DNA of 64,000 nt from Felis catus (Eukaryota): positions 102,674,001 through 102,738,000 of the forward strand of contig NC_058368.1 in assembly GCF_018350175.1 (NCBI RefSeq), given 5' to 3'. The notes beneath the pieces were generated by a model, which saw only the letters and a list, made by a program, of their open reading frames with translations, did not search any database and was not told where the DNA came from. Both the position numbers and the translations under genes were made by a program. Shown here in pieces: positions 48,307 through 60,420 of this stretch (the stretch's first letter is position 1; every line of letters begins with the position of its first letter).

Positions 48307-48960
48307 GTATCAGTCATGGTGCAATCAGGAGAGAGAAGCCACATAGTAATTTGAATAGGAAAAGTTCAATATAAAGAACTTCTAATTTAAGAGGGGACTG
48401 GAGTAATGAGGTATCTGTTAGTAGGAGGTAAAGAGAACTCTAAAGAAAGTAGGAAGAGCAGACATACTAGCACATAATACTCTAACACTATACCATGTCC
48501 CTTACACCATGGCTGAGAGAGAGAGAAGCCAAGGGAGAGTCTCCCCAGAGCTGAGATCTAAATATTGAGAGGTCATGGCCATAGCTTACTAAACGGAAGA
48601 AAAGCTGTTAGTCAAACTTTGCGGCAATCCATCCCCTAGGAGACCAGAAAAAGCCATTCACGGGTGAATGGCCTGGGTGGTTCCGTTGGTTAAGCATCTG
48701 ACTTCAGCTCAGGTCACGGTCTCACGGTAAAGGGGTTCGAGCCCCACGTCGGGCTCTGTGCTGACAGCTCAGGGCCTGGAGACTGCTTGGGATTCTGTGT
48801 CTCCCTCTCTCTCTACCCATGCCCCTCTTGCACTCTGCCTCTGCCTCTGTCAAAAATAAAGAAATATTTTTTAAAAATTAAAAAAAAAAAGCCATTCATG
48901 AGAAGGTGTCTCACTCAAGGTAATCTAGGGAAGAAACACCTGAATCAGTCGTCAGGGGAG
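48307..48960. mobile_element. Old ERVL-type LTR fragment (LTR41/52-like) with nested SINE
   Basis: 'tgtatcagtcatggtgcaatcaggagagagaagccacatagtaatttgaatagg..aatataaagaa'. Confidence 0.5.
48670..48890 (+). mobile_element. CAN-SINE
   Basis: TSD aaaaagccattca. Confidence 0.92.
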
Positions 48961-48980
48961 GCTTCAAGGACTCTGCCCCA

Positions 48981-49210
48981 GGGGCTTCTGGGTAGCTCAG
49001 TCGGTTAAGCATCTGACTCTTGGTTTCAGCTAGGTCATGATCTCATGCTTCGTGAGTTTGAGCCCCACTTTGGGCTCTTTGCTGACAGCTCAGAGCCTGG
49101 AGCCTGCTTCGGATTGTCTGTCGGTCGGTCTGTCTGTCTCTCTCTGACCTTCGCCTGCTTATCCTCTGTCTCTCTCTCAAAATAAATAAACGTTAAAAAA
49201 TATATTCAAA
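48981..49210 (+). mobile_element. CAN-SINE
   Basis: Full-length. Confidence 0.92.
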
Positions 49211-49289
49211 AGAAGGAGAAGGAGAAGGAGAAGGAGAAGGAGAAGGAGAAGGAGAAGGAGAAGGAGAAGGAGGAGAGGGAGAAGGAGAA
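49211..49289. repeat. (GAAGGA)n hexanucleotide repeat at the SINE tail
   Basis: Direct observation. Confidence 0.95.
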
Positions 49290-49569
49290 GATGACGACCA
49301 CCACCACCAGACCAAATAGTAGCTGGGTAGGCAGGACACATCTCTTGACTTAGAAAAGTCTAGATCAGTCCTCTTGCATCATTTACACCATGTTCTGAGC
49401 ACAGACAATGAAGGGATAGAGCATTAGCCGTGCTTCCTTTTTCACTACTTGTAAAGGGCAGAGTTAGACACACAGATAAATGACCCAGGCTTAAGCCAAT
49501 TCCTTCCCTTTTCATGAAACTGCTGTGAAAGAAATGTTCTTCGTTTATGTTCTGTAGTAGGACGGCATA

Positions 49570-49900
49570 TGCCTTTGCCAGTGCGGCCGTAACAAAGCAC
49601 CACACACGTCTTTTCTCGGAGTCCTGGAGGCTGAAAGCCCAAATCAAGGATTCAGCTTCTTCTGAGCCTTCTCACCTTGACTGATACATGGCTGTCATCG
49701 CCCTGTGTCTTCGCACGGTCTCTCCTCCGTGTCTGCTTCTGTGTCCAAATTTCCTCTTCTTATGAGGACACCAGGCATATTGGCGTAGGGCCCACCCTAA
49801 TGCCCTCATTCTAACTCAATCCCGCCTTCAAGGACGCTCTCTGCAAGACAGTTACAGTTTGGAGCATGGGGGCTTCGGGTACACAATTCAGACCATACCA
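49570..49900. mobile_element. MLT1B/C-like MaLR LTR
   Basis: 'gccgtaacaaagcaccaca..cttatgaggacaccagg..agggcccaccctaatg..cacaattcagaccatacca'. Confidence 0.8.
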
Positions 49901-50140
49901 GGTGGTTAACCGTGGGGGGGGGGGGGTGGTTAACTTCAGAATGCTTAGGTTCACATTCCAGATCAGCCAGTTTGGTATAGCAGCCGCATAACACTGGGCA
50001 CTTTACTTCCTCACCTCGAATCTCGGTTTCTTTAATAACTACTTTGCAAGTCCGTTGCGAGATATAAGGTGGCACAGGCAAAGTATTTAGAAGAACTTCT
50101 GGAGTATACTAAGAGCAACAGATATCAGCTATTGGTCACG
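49901..50140 (+). mobile_element. MIR fragment
   Basis: 'ctgggcactttacttcctcacctcgaatctcggtttctt..'. Confidence 0.5.
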
Positions 50141-50269
50141 TTGATATTATTTTAAATCGTCTTTTATTAAAGATAAACACACAATGGGTACTTCCCGGAT
50201 GACGTGATACCTCTGTGTATAATATCGTGGGAGGGGACACAAACCAATAATGACCAAGTTAAATTTGTG

Positions 50270-50570
50270 TTTTCCTCAGGACCTTTGCACATGCTGCGCT
50301 TGATGCCTGCACTTCTGCATTGCTGGCTTCTTCCAGCCTTTGCCCGGATGGTACACAATGAGAGAGGCCTTCCTCGGCCACTCTGTGTTAAGGAGGTGCT
50401 CACTCATTCTTGCTGTCTATCCTATTGTCTTCTTTTTCAGTATCCTGAGTGTCAGCTCTCTGTCTTGTCCCCTGTAATGTCAACTCTTTTTCTCATTGCT
50501 ACGTCCTGAGTTCCTGGCACGCTGAACACGGCACACGGGTGGTATTCAACGCGTGCGGTTCAATTGAGTA
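50270..50570 (+). mobile_element. L2 3' fragment
   Basis: 'cctcaggacctttgcacatgctg..gagaggccttcct..cctggcac'. Confidence 0.55.
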
Positions 50571-51515
50571 AGGTACAGAAAGCTGTGCGACACTGCATGT
50601 GGAGGGAAGTACCGGGTGAATGAAATTTGCAGCCAGATGCTCAAGAACATAAATGGAAGGTCTCCGCAAGAAGAAAAGGATACATTCACTACATTTTGGG
50701 AATACTTACCTTCTTGTAAGCCAGCGATAACAATATTCATTGTTTTTATTGCTGGAAAACCTTTATTCCCTTCCAGGACGCTAGCCCCCAAATGACTACA
50801 GCAAGGAGATGGTATCTTATAACGTTACCTTTGAAATCTATAAACAGAGAGGCCCAACTCCTTCAACAACCATTGGAATCAAATGCAAATGGCACAACAA
50901 TGTGAGCGCTTAATGAGCTCACATCTCCTTTCCAGTCCAACCCACTCCAAAGCATCAGAGCTGATCAGGTTACCACAGACTTCCAAGGGGGTAGTGTCAG
51001 CTCTGCAGGATCCAGAGAAAAGAAAAGCAAAGTTCCAGAAAACACAAAGGCCATCAAGCCCAAACGCACATTTCTTTGACCGAGTCCACAGTGCGTGAAT
51101 ATCGCGACGACGATTAGTTTTGGTGTAGGGTTGTCTTGTCAGGTCTAAGTGGTCAGGAGGGCCATTTATATGGTCCCGTTTTATTCTACTAGCACCAAAC
51201 AGTTATGATCAGGTCAGATATTTAGTTTTTTGCACGCATAAATGAGCATCTGTGCACCTTTTTTTTTTTGCATGAAAATTTGAGCGCAATTCTTGTTAAA
51301 AAGTCTAGCTCAAGTTATGAGAGGATTTGAATTAGGAAACATTGCATGTATGTAACTTTGTCTGCCATGAGCCTCTTATCGCTTGTAGTTTTATTATCAC
51401 TATTTTAATCCCACGGTTGGATATGAAAGCCTGTCCAAATGTGAGTCCGCGATTTGACGATACTTTTCAAATACAAATTGAGATAATCTGACTCTATTAA
51501 TATACAAAGAAGACT

Positions 51516-51740
51516 CTTTTTTTTTTTATTTTTTTTTCGACGTTTATTTATTTTTGGGACAGAGAGAGACACAGCATGAACGGGGGAGGGGCAGAGAGAG
51601 AGGGAGACACAGAATGGGAAACAGGCTCCAGGCTCTGAGCCATCAGCCCAGAGCCCGACGTGGGGCTCGAACTCCCGGACCGCGAGATCGTGACCTGGCT
51701 GAAGTCGGACACTTAACCGACTGTGCCACCCAGGCGCCCC
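51516..51740 (-). mobile_element. Young SINEC_Fc
   Basis: TSD caaagaagactctt at 51505 and 51741. Confidence 0.96.
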
Positions 51741-51769
51741 CAAAGAAGACTCTTAAAAATCAACTTTAA

Positions 51770-51971
51770 GGGCACCCGGGTGGCTCGGTCAGTTAAGCGT
51801 CCGACATCGGCTCAGGTCATGTTCTCACAGTTCATGAGTTTGAGTCCCGCGTCAGGACTCTGTACTGACAGCTCGGAGCCTGGAGCCTGCTTCAGATTCT
51901 GGGTCTCCTTCTTTTTCTGTCCCTCCCCAGTTCATGCTCTGTCTCTCTCTCAAAAATAAATAAACATTTAA
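51770..51971 (+). mobile_element. CAN-SINE
   Basis: TSD aaaaatcaactttaa. Confidence 0.94.
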
Positions 51972-52718
51972 AAAATCAACTTTAAATTGAAGAAAGAAAA
52001 AAACTTGGCAGCAGTCGGTACGGCAGTTCGGATACAACAAGGCGGACAGTCTTGCAGGGATCCGTGTGAGGCACAATTCAATGTGGGACCCACATGGGAT
52101 CAGGGGCAAACACGATCATTTTCTCCTAAGCACTACCCGACCAAGGATTTCACCAAGCGGAACACTGAAATTAGCATCTGAACCACATAGTATAAACGTA
52201 ACGGACTCATGACATTTAGTTCATGTCACATTATGGATTTAATTCTTCCCAACTCTTCAGCTTTGCTGACCTTTACAAGATGTTTATAAGGGACACCTGT
52301 ACAGGCATATGAAGGGGACGTTCCTTGACAGAGCTGGACTCACGCCATTAGCGCCATCAAGATTCTGGTGCCCAGAAAGGTAAGTTCGATTTGTTCTTTC
52401 CAGAGCAATAAACTTGGCAAAGAGTAGTCTTTGCTGTTGGTTATTCTGAAAGCATGGCAATTGTTAATGTGGGTGGGGGTAGCAAAGCAAAGACCATTTA
52501 TTTCGTCTGTTTTACAGAACGTCTAAAAGTGAGGTGCCATATACAATTTTTTCTGCCATTATGTGTTCCTAAAAAGCTTCATGTTCTGAAAAATTGAGCA
52601 CTGAAAGTAACAGGGTCCAATGGGTATATCGGGTCAGGTCAGATCATTCAAACGTATGCAACCTTGCAATCAGAGCCCACTAGGAACACGTTAGTGATCT
52701 TTTTATAATAAAAAAAAT

Positions 52719-52944
52719 CTTTTTCAATGGTTATTAATTATTGAGAAAGAGAGAGAGAGAGAGAGAGAAAACAGAGCACGAGTGGGGGAGGGGCAGGGAG
52801 AGAGGGGGACACAGAATCCGAAGCAGGCTCCAGGCTCCGAGCTGTCAGCACAGAGCCTGACGCAGACCTTGAACCTATGAACCACAAGATCATGACCTGA
52901 GCTGAAGTCGGACGCTTAACCCACTGAGCCACCCAGGTGCCCCC
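52719..52944 (-). mobile_element. CAN-SINE
   Basis: Degenerate TSD aacacgttagtgatctt / aacatgttaacgatctt. Confidence 0.93.
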
Positions 52945-53049
52945 AACATGTTAACGATCTTAACAAAAAGTCTAATACGGTTAAAAAGACATTTGAAATT
53001 CCTAATCAACAAATACTTAAACAAACGTAGGATTTTATCCTTTTTATCC

Positions 53050-53214
53050 TTCTAAGTTTCTTAAAAACTTATTTTGAGAGAGAGAGAGTCAGTCCCAAGC
53101 AGGATCCAAGCTGTCAGCGCAGAGCCCTATGTGAGGCTGGATCTCACGTCTGATTATGGCCTGAACCAAAATTAAGAGTTGGATGCTTAACCAACTGAGC
53201 CACCCAGGCACGCC
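53050..53214 (-). mobile_element. CAN-SINE (short)
   Basis: TSD ggatttt(t)atcctttttt. Confidence 0.88.
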
Positions 53215-53476
53215 GGATTTTATCCTTTTTTTAAAACAGAAGTGAAAGTTGCTCAAGGGAAGCGACTCGAAGGAAGAACCAAGGTTGCTACGGTACAGAG
53301 ATGAGAACAAAATATACCAAGAGTAGGGAAGAACCGGGCCAAAAGCACCTACATCAAGTTCTGACTAAACTGAGTCAAGGAGAGGACGGTGTGGCAAATG
53401 GCCATCACGTGGGAAACTCTGTTTCTCCGTGGTTTGCTCCATCCAGCTCTTGTTACTTGGTGACATAAAACATTCG

Positions 53477-53840
53477 TGGGAGGAATAATTCACTTTACAT
53501 GTCAACTTGACTGGGCTAAGGCATGCCCTGATAGCTAGAAAAACATTATGTCTGGGTGTGTCAGTGGAAGAGATGATCAGCATCTGAACTGGGAGACTAA
53601 GTAAAGAAGGCTGCCCTCGCCAGGGCTGGTGGCATCGTCCAATCCACTAAGGGCCTGAAGAGAACAAAAAGAGGAATGGCAAATTCGCTCTCTGCTGAAA
53701 CTGACACGTCCACACTCTTGGTTCTTGGGACTTTGGACTTGGAATGAATGACACCTTGGGAGTTCCTGGTATTCCATCCTGGAGATGGGGGGGTCATGGG
53801 ACTTCTCGGTCTCCAGAAGCACAGAAGCCAATTCATATAT
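53477..53840 (+). mobile_element. MLT2 (ERVL) LTR
   Basis: 'ttacatgtcaacttgactgggctaagg..acattatgtctgggtgtgtc..actaagtaaagaagg..ccaatccactaagggcctgaa'. Confidence 0.85.
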
Positions 53841-54264
53841 ATGTGTGTGTTATATGTAAATATATGTGTATTAATAAAAACTCATGTAAGAACTAACAGG
53901 ACTTCCTTGTGATATTAGTGATGTTTTCTTATTTACAATCACATATGAGCTTGTGCCCATCGGAGAAGCACGGTGGGGCCAGACCAGACTGCATTTCACT
54001 TGTAAGTATGTGTACTTCTCTCTACAGTCACTTGTTGATTTGAATCATTGCCTTTCAAACAAATCTTACTAAGTTTGGCTAAACAGTCCGTACTCCTTTT
54101 ATTGGATCTTGAGATCCCTACAACCCATTTCCTTTTTTCTGGGCTACAGTTTTCTTCTCACCTTCTCTGGTTTGTTACAGGTCAGGGTTTCCAGGTACAT
54201 TTTCTCTTCTTCCTTCCTCTTCTCACTATTGTCTGCTTAGCTTATTCTATATTAATCATCCTGT

Positions 54265-54514
54265 TCTTTTTTTCTTTTTCTTTTCTTTATTATTTTTGAG
54301 AGAGAGCATGAGCAGGGGAGAGGGGGAGAGGGAAAGAGAGAGAGAATCTCAAGCGGGCTCCATGCTCAGTGAAGAGCCCAAAGTGGGGCTCGATCCCACA
54401 ACCCTGGGATCATGACCTGAGCCGAAATCAAGTGTTGGACCCTCAAATGACTGAGCCACCCGGGTGGCCCTTATCCTTATTCTTTTATTTACTTTTTTTT
54501 AATGTTTATTTATT

Positions 54515-54574
<60 letters not shown>

Positions 54575-54741
54575 CACAAGCTGGGGAGAGGCAGAGAGAG
54601 AGGGAGACACAGAATCCGAAGCAGGCTCCAGGTTCCGAGCTGTCAGCGCAGAGCCCAACCTGGGGCTCGAACTCATGACCCGTAAGATCATGACCTGAGC
54701 CAAAGTCAGACGCTCAACCTACTGAGCCACCCAGGCATCCC
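54265..54741 (-). mobile_element. Two tandem CAN-SINEs; the second has (GA)n at 54518-54568
   Basis: TSD ccttatccttattctt at 54469 and 54740. Confidence 0.93.
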
Positions 54742-54944
54742 TTATCCTTATTCTTCACGTAACTGTGTTTTGATGGTAAGACATCTCATGTACACCTACA
54801 TTAAGTGAGCAGTGTTCAAAGAAGCAACAATGTGTATTTAAAGAAGTTGAAACTTGCAGGTACACTTCCTGCAACATATGACCAACCCACTTTTCAACTA
54901 GCTTGTTCTCTTCACTGTGTACACAAATATAACGCTCTCAGATA

Positions 54945-55312
54945 TGTGTGTCCGCTTTCCAGGGCCGCCATAACCCATCACCACAAAATGGGTATTAGTT
55001 TTACTCTCTCACAGCTCTGGATTCCAGAAGTCCGAAGTCAAGGTATTAACACTCTCTGATGCTCGTTGGCCTGCAGACGCATCACTGCCATCTTGGCCCC
55101 TTTCGCCATGTTGAATTCTCCTTTGTGTGCGTGTTTTCTTTCCTTCTCTTCCCTCACAACACCCGGCATTGGTTTTAGGGCCCACACTAATCCTGGATGA
55201 CCTCATTTTGAGATCTTAAAGAACATCTGCAAAGTACCTCTTTTTCCAAATAAGGCCACATCCCAGGTCCCGGGGAACGTACCTTTTTGAGGGGCATCAT
55301 TCACACACTACA
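54945..55312. mobile_element. MLT1B/C-like MaLR LTR
   Basis: 'agggccgccataac..cagaagtccgaagtcaagg..ttttagggcccac..tttccaaataaggccaca..cacactaca'. Confidence 0.78.
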
Positions 55313-55777
55313 GCGCAACTGACGCGATTTTTGTTGTCATGGAATGATGACGACGGATTTTGTTTAATTGTTGACAGTCTGTTGTTAAATGGCTGGTGTG
55401 GTTGGGACTAGACTCAGTGGCTGGGAGAGTTTTACTCTGTTTGAAATTAACTTATTTTTATTGATTCTACGACCTTGTTTGTATGAGTTGAATGCCCCAT
55501 GAGAAAGCACGTTGATTAGACAGACGAGTTCGCTAGGAAAAAGTGACTCAGTAGGCCCAACAGTATTCACTTTGGCTCTCCCTCACAGGCAATGTAAGTC
55601 TTAACAAGTCAACTTCTTTACAGCAACTGGAGTGTGAAAGCATTCATAAATTACACAAATTCTCATAGAGGGAAAGTGAAATTTACCTGCAGGGAAAAAT
55701 ACAAATGTAAATTATTTTCTAGAGTTTATTGTGTTTGTAGCAAGAGATGATGATTGTTTCCACTTCTGACCCTGAAT

Positions 55778-55921
55778 ACAACACACCAACACACGCACAG
55801 GTACCCCCACACCCACACCCACCAACACACATACACAAATACACACACACACATACAAACACACACGAGCACACACACACACACACAGGTACATCAACAC
55901 ATAATACACCAATATACACGA

Positions 55922-55962
<41 letters not shown>
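55778..55962. repeat. Degenerate (CA)n tract
   Basis: About 185 bp, CA-rich. Confidence 0.92.
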
Positions 55963-55963
<1 letters not shown>

Positions 55964-56465
55964 CAACCTAACTGAGCAGGGTTAGACTCAGACTAAATTC
56001 CCGAAGTGATGTTAAGCAACTCACACGTATAGATACGGCAAACAGTAATTAAAAGCAATGAATGTATTTACTTTAGTTTTTCCTTTCAGTACATTCCAGA
56101 GTCTTTTCTTAATCTTCCATTATTGCTCACTTAATTAATGACAATGTTGCCACATTTCTTTTACATAATATACCATTCCCCAGCAAATGCAAGGAGATCT
56201 TGGCACACAAGGCTATTGTTTCTCTTTTCACTGTTCTTTCTGTACAGCACCGAGCAATATGAGTCCCAATTATTTTACCCACCGAGAAAGCAAAGTTTAA
56301 ATCAGAGCCTTTAATCAGAGGGCTACCTGAAGCTTTGACATCATTAGATGAAACTAACTGCATAACTTTAGCAACTGAGTTTACACACACTACCAGAATT
56401 TTACTATTATCATTTCTGTTAGCATCTGCTGTTTTTGTTGTTGTTTTAGCAATACCAGAGCTCCT

Positions 56466-56690
56466 GGGGCACCTGGGCGTCTCATTCGGTCGAGCGTCCG
56501 ACTTCGGCTCAGGTCATGATCTCGCGGTTCGTAGGCTCGAGCCCCGCGCCGGGCTCTGCGCTGACGGCTCAGAGCCTAGAGCCTGCTTCGGATTTTGTGT
56601 CTCCCTCTTTATTCCTCCCTTGCTCACACTATGTCTCTCTCTCTCTCTCTCAAAAAAAATAAAGATTAAAAAACTAAAATATAATCATAA
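56466..56690 (+). mobile_element. CAN-SINE
   Basis: TSD aataccag(a/g)gctcctgg. Confidence 0.93.
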
Positions 56691-58035
56691 TACCAGGGCT
56701 CCTGGTAAAGGGTTGGTGACTCTTCAGAGACCTGAGTCAATGTCCAAAAAAAATCTAGTTTTTGGGGGGAGCTTCTTGTGTGGTCAGCTATAATCGCTTT
56801 TCCTAGACCCACGGGGCACGCTTCCAGGTCCGAAACGTGCACAGGCTACGGCTTGACCCTTCAAGGTGCTATCAAAACATAAATACATTTCTTTGGAGAA
56901 AACTCCCTGCTCCAGCATGGCCCCTTGAAACTGTCCAACTTGATCTGTGATTCCTGCTGAGATATGCATTACATCATGGTCTATTTTCGGCTTGTTACAT
57001 TAATCAAAACCTATGCCATTTATTAAACAGCTTCCTGCAGCTCAGGCATTTGAAATGAAGAGTGCCAGCAAGCAGCTAGCTGCCAAACACCATGAACGAA
57101 AGAGGTGGGCTGGATTGGAGTCATGTACAAATTGAATTTCAAGTGACTGAGCAGCCTCTTTATCTCTGGGTGACACAACCGGGGACTGTGGCCGTGTGCT
57201 TAAGGAAATGAAACCCAGAGCCACGGTTCAATCATGGGGTGGTTACCAGGGCCCTGCCCAGCAGTCTTTCCGGAACCGCTGATGAGTGTGACCTTTACAA
57301 AAATGCACAAAGCCTTGATTTCTGCCCGGTTAACCTTTCCAAGCCGGAACCCCTCTGTGAAACCTACCCACGGCAGAGGGAAGCTTCAGAATCAAAACAG
57401 AAACACACATTTTATGAAAGAGCGAGTACAAACACCCGCCCGCCCGCACGTATTCTCGGAGGATGAAGACATTGAACCCGATCTCAATTATTCTCTCAAC
57501 TGTGTGTTTTCAGGCATTTACACTCCTCTTCCTCTGGAGCAGGAAAGTACCGGTACTCAGTGTAGTGTCAACCCTGTACTTCAATTCGTTTGCTCCACTT
57601 CACAATAGGCTTGGCCGAAACTGGTGGGGAGAATGGAAATTTCGTATGTTCGGGAATTGCTGAAAGTCCCTGAGTCCACTTGCCCACTGTTAAATAATGA
57701 CCGAGTGCACGTGCTGAGAGAAGGGGCAGGTATTCAACTGACAGCCTCCGTTTCCACCACTGAGCCAACCAGGAAAACCATGGGGATTGGAGAGCGTTTC
57801 AAATGTAAGGGATTGTCGTGGCGAGGGTGGAGGGCACAGAGCGTTACGACGGTGAATCTAGCAACATTCGTACTCTATTATAACAATCCATCCAACCTTC
57901 CTTCCTTGGTTCCTATCTGCTTTTAATAATATTTTGTTTTTAAGTGAATCTAATTTTGCTGATTATTAATATATTGATTCAGACCACATTCACCACTAAG
58001 AAAAAGTAAGTCAAGCAGCTTATCTAACCCTCTTT

Positions 58036-58242
58036 TATATTTTTAATGTTTATTTATTTTGAGTGAGAGAGAGAATGAGGGAAAGGCAGAGAGAGAGGAG
58101 AGAGAGAGAGAATCCCGAACAGGCTCTGCAGTGTCAGCACGGACGGAGCCTGACATGGGGCTCGAACTCATGAATCAGGAGATCGTGACCTGAGCCGAGA
58201 TCAAGAGTCAGACGTTCAACCGACCGAGTCACCAGGCGCCCC
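58036..58242 (-). mobile_element. CAN-SINE
   Basis: TSD accctctttta. Confidence 0.92.
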
Positions 58243-58329
58243 TGACCCTCTTTTAATATCTAGTTCTAGGAGTTGCATTTTCACTACTAGGCTTTTCTCT
58301 TGACTGAGTTCTTTGCGTACCCCATCACG

Positions 58330-58480
58330 TGACTCGCCTAGCAAGCAAGCCCATGAAGCAGTGAGAATAGGCTAAGTTATTATTATTGATGAGAAAACTA
58401 ACGTCCAAAGAGGTTGAAGAGCATGTCAAAGGTCAACATGGCAAATCACTAGTAATCCTGGAATGTCAACCTTCCTGTTC
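58330..58480 (-). mobile_element. MIR fragment
   Basis: 'gatgagaaaactaacgtccaaagaggttgaagagcatgtcaaaggtca'. Confidence 0.65.
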
Positions 58481-58736
58481 CGTGATTTCTATGAAGAACA
58501 AGGGAGCCGGCAGTAAGGCTATGGGGAAACCGGTGACTTCAAAAGACAACTCTGATTGTCTTTACAGACTCTCAATTTGCAGCTTCCTGTTTACCATATT
58601 CACTGGAGAAACCTTGTCAAAGTGCAGGAAACCCCTGCTCTGCAAACACCCAGCTTAGAAACACCATCCAGCCAAGTGATCGACCATGAGATACTGCGGG
58701 AAGGGGGCAGGGCAAACTTTTAGAGACTCAATTTAG

Positions 58737-58740
<4 letters not shown>

Positions 58741-58773
<33 letters not shown>
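58741..58773. repeat. Poly-A (33 nt)
   Basis: Direct observation. Confidence 0.95.
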
Positions 58774-58776
<3 letters not shown>

Positions 58777-58829
58777 GGAGGGAGGATACGCTGCAAAAGA
58801 AGAAAGAAAGAACAGATGACCTCCACCAT

Positions 58830-59110
58830 GGTTCATTCATTCGCCCAGCCGCCATGGGTTAGGCAGAAAAACTGCCACAGGAGAGAGTCCGTGAAATTCA
58901 CAAACCCCTTTTATTCCTGGTGTTTGAGGCACTGCACTAAGTGCTGAGAATACAGATCCAAGATGGTCTATAAATAACTCCAAGCAGAGGCTGGGTGTGA
59001 AGAACGCTACTAGGAAAGTACTAGGGAAATGAGAACACAGAGGTTGGAAAGTTTAGGTCTGGCTGAGGTAACCAGGGAAAGGCTGCGAGTCCAAGGCTGG
59101 GGCTGTGATG
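58830..59110 (-). mobile_element. L2 3' fragment
   Basis: 'ttcattcattc..ggcactgcactaagtgctgagaatacag..gagaacacagagg'. Confidence 0.55.
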
Positions 59111-59339
59111 GATGAGCCGGGCTCCGGAGTTCTCAGAAGTCGGCCTCACGAGGTATTACTCCCTGGATCCCGATTTGAAACCCAAAACGGTTTTGTGGGG
59201 GGTGTTTTAGGAATCCAGACGCTTTTATAAAATGTAAAATACGGAAAGCAGTGAACACAGCGTGAAGCAAATTCATACTGCTATGTCCTGGCCCTTCTGT
59301 TTCCCAGGTATCTATATCGTGGCTCGTTTTCCCCTCAGT

Positions 59340-59420
59340 AGACGTTATAATACCGTTTTACAGAGGGGGACACTGAGGCTTTAAAAAGGCCAAGTCACTT
59401 CACCTTCACTAGGAACGGGA
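59340..59420 (-). mobile_element. MIR core fragment
   Basis: 'ccgttttacagagggggacactgaggctt..aagtcactt'. Confidence 0.6.
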
Positions 59421-59767
59421 CATTAATGTAGTTATCTTCAAGCAAGTAGAGTTCTCAAAAAATGCAAAATGCTCTTACAAATCATAACTCGCACAGATAA
59501 CCCAGCCCTACTGGCTATGTAGGGAACTACACCGTGTCGGGTCGTCCACAAAAGAGGCTTGAGATGGTGAATTTTGTCAGTGTACGTGACCCCCCTTTCA
59601 AAGCTCCCATGTATAATGCAAAACTTTCCAAAATACATTTTCTTTTAGTAAGACAATGTCTCTTTTATTTTGACTAAGGATAGTTTCTCTCCCTCCTCAC
59701 TGTTCAATACAGGAGGCATCTGTCCCCAAAGACAGGACTTAGCTTAAGTTAAAAATATAAATGAAGG

Positions 59768-60420
59768 GGGGTGCCTGGGTGGCTCAGTCGGTTAGGCGCC
59801 CGACTTCGGCTCAGGTCATGATCTCACAGTCTGTGTGTTCGAGCCCCGCGTCAGGCTCTGTGCTGACAGCTCGGAGCCTGGAGCCTGTTTCGGATTCTGT
59901 GTCTCCCTCTGTCTCTGACCCTCCCCCGTTCATGTTCTGTCTCTCTCTGTCTCAAAAATAAACGTTAAAAAAAAAAGAAAAAAAAATGTATATTAAAAAA
60001 AAAAATGAAGGGGCACTGGGGTGGCTCAGTAGGTTAGGCACCCAACTTTGGCTCAGGTCATGATCTCACGGTACTGAGTTCGAACCCCGCATCAGACTCT
60101 GTGCTGTCAGCTCAGAGCTCGCTTCGGAGCCTCTGTTACCCTCTCTCTCTGCCTCTCCCCTGCGGGTTCTCTCTCTCAAAATAAATAAAAAACTTGGGGC
60201 GCCTAGGTGGCTCAGTCGGTTAAGCGTCTGACTTCGGCTCAGGTCATGATCTCGCGGTGTGTGAGCCCCAGCACCGCGTCGGGCTCTGTGCTGATGGCTC
60301 GAAGCCTGGAGCCTGCTTTGGATTCTCTGTCTCCTTCTATCTCTGCCCCTCCCCGACTTGTGCTCTGTCTCTCAAAAATAAATAAATGTAAAACATAAAT
60401 AAAAACCTCAAAATAAAAAT
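59768..60420 (+). mobile_element. Cluster of three CAN-SINEs (starts 59768, 60010, 60196)
   Basis: Three heads; aaatgaaggg-like junction sequence at ~59759, ~60003 and ~60423. Confidence 0.93.

Noticed and set aside
52332..52379. 48-nt plus-strand exon candidate ending aag|gtaagt
   Set aside because: Weak polypyrimidine tract, unrecognised peptide, no partner exons.
55681..55708. Weak resemblance to the U1 snRNA 5' end (ttacctgcagggaaaaatac)
   Set aside because: Short, gapped, no TSD; explained by donor-like sequence on the opposite strand.
55712..55975. CV/HT-repeat ORFs
   Set aside because: Translation of the (CA)n tract.
57546..57557. 12-bp palindrome agtaccggtact
   Set aside because: Palindromes of this length are expected by chance several times in 64 kb.
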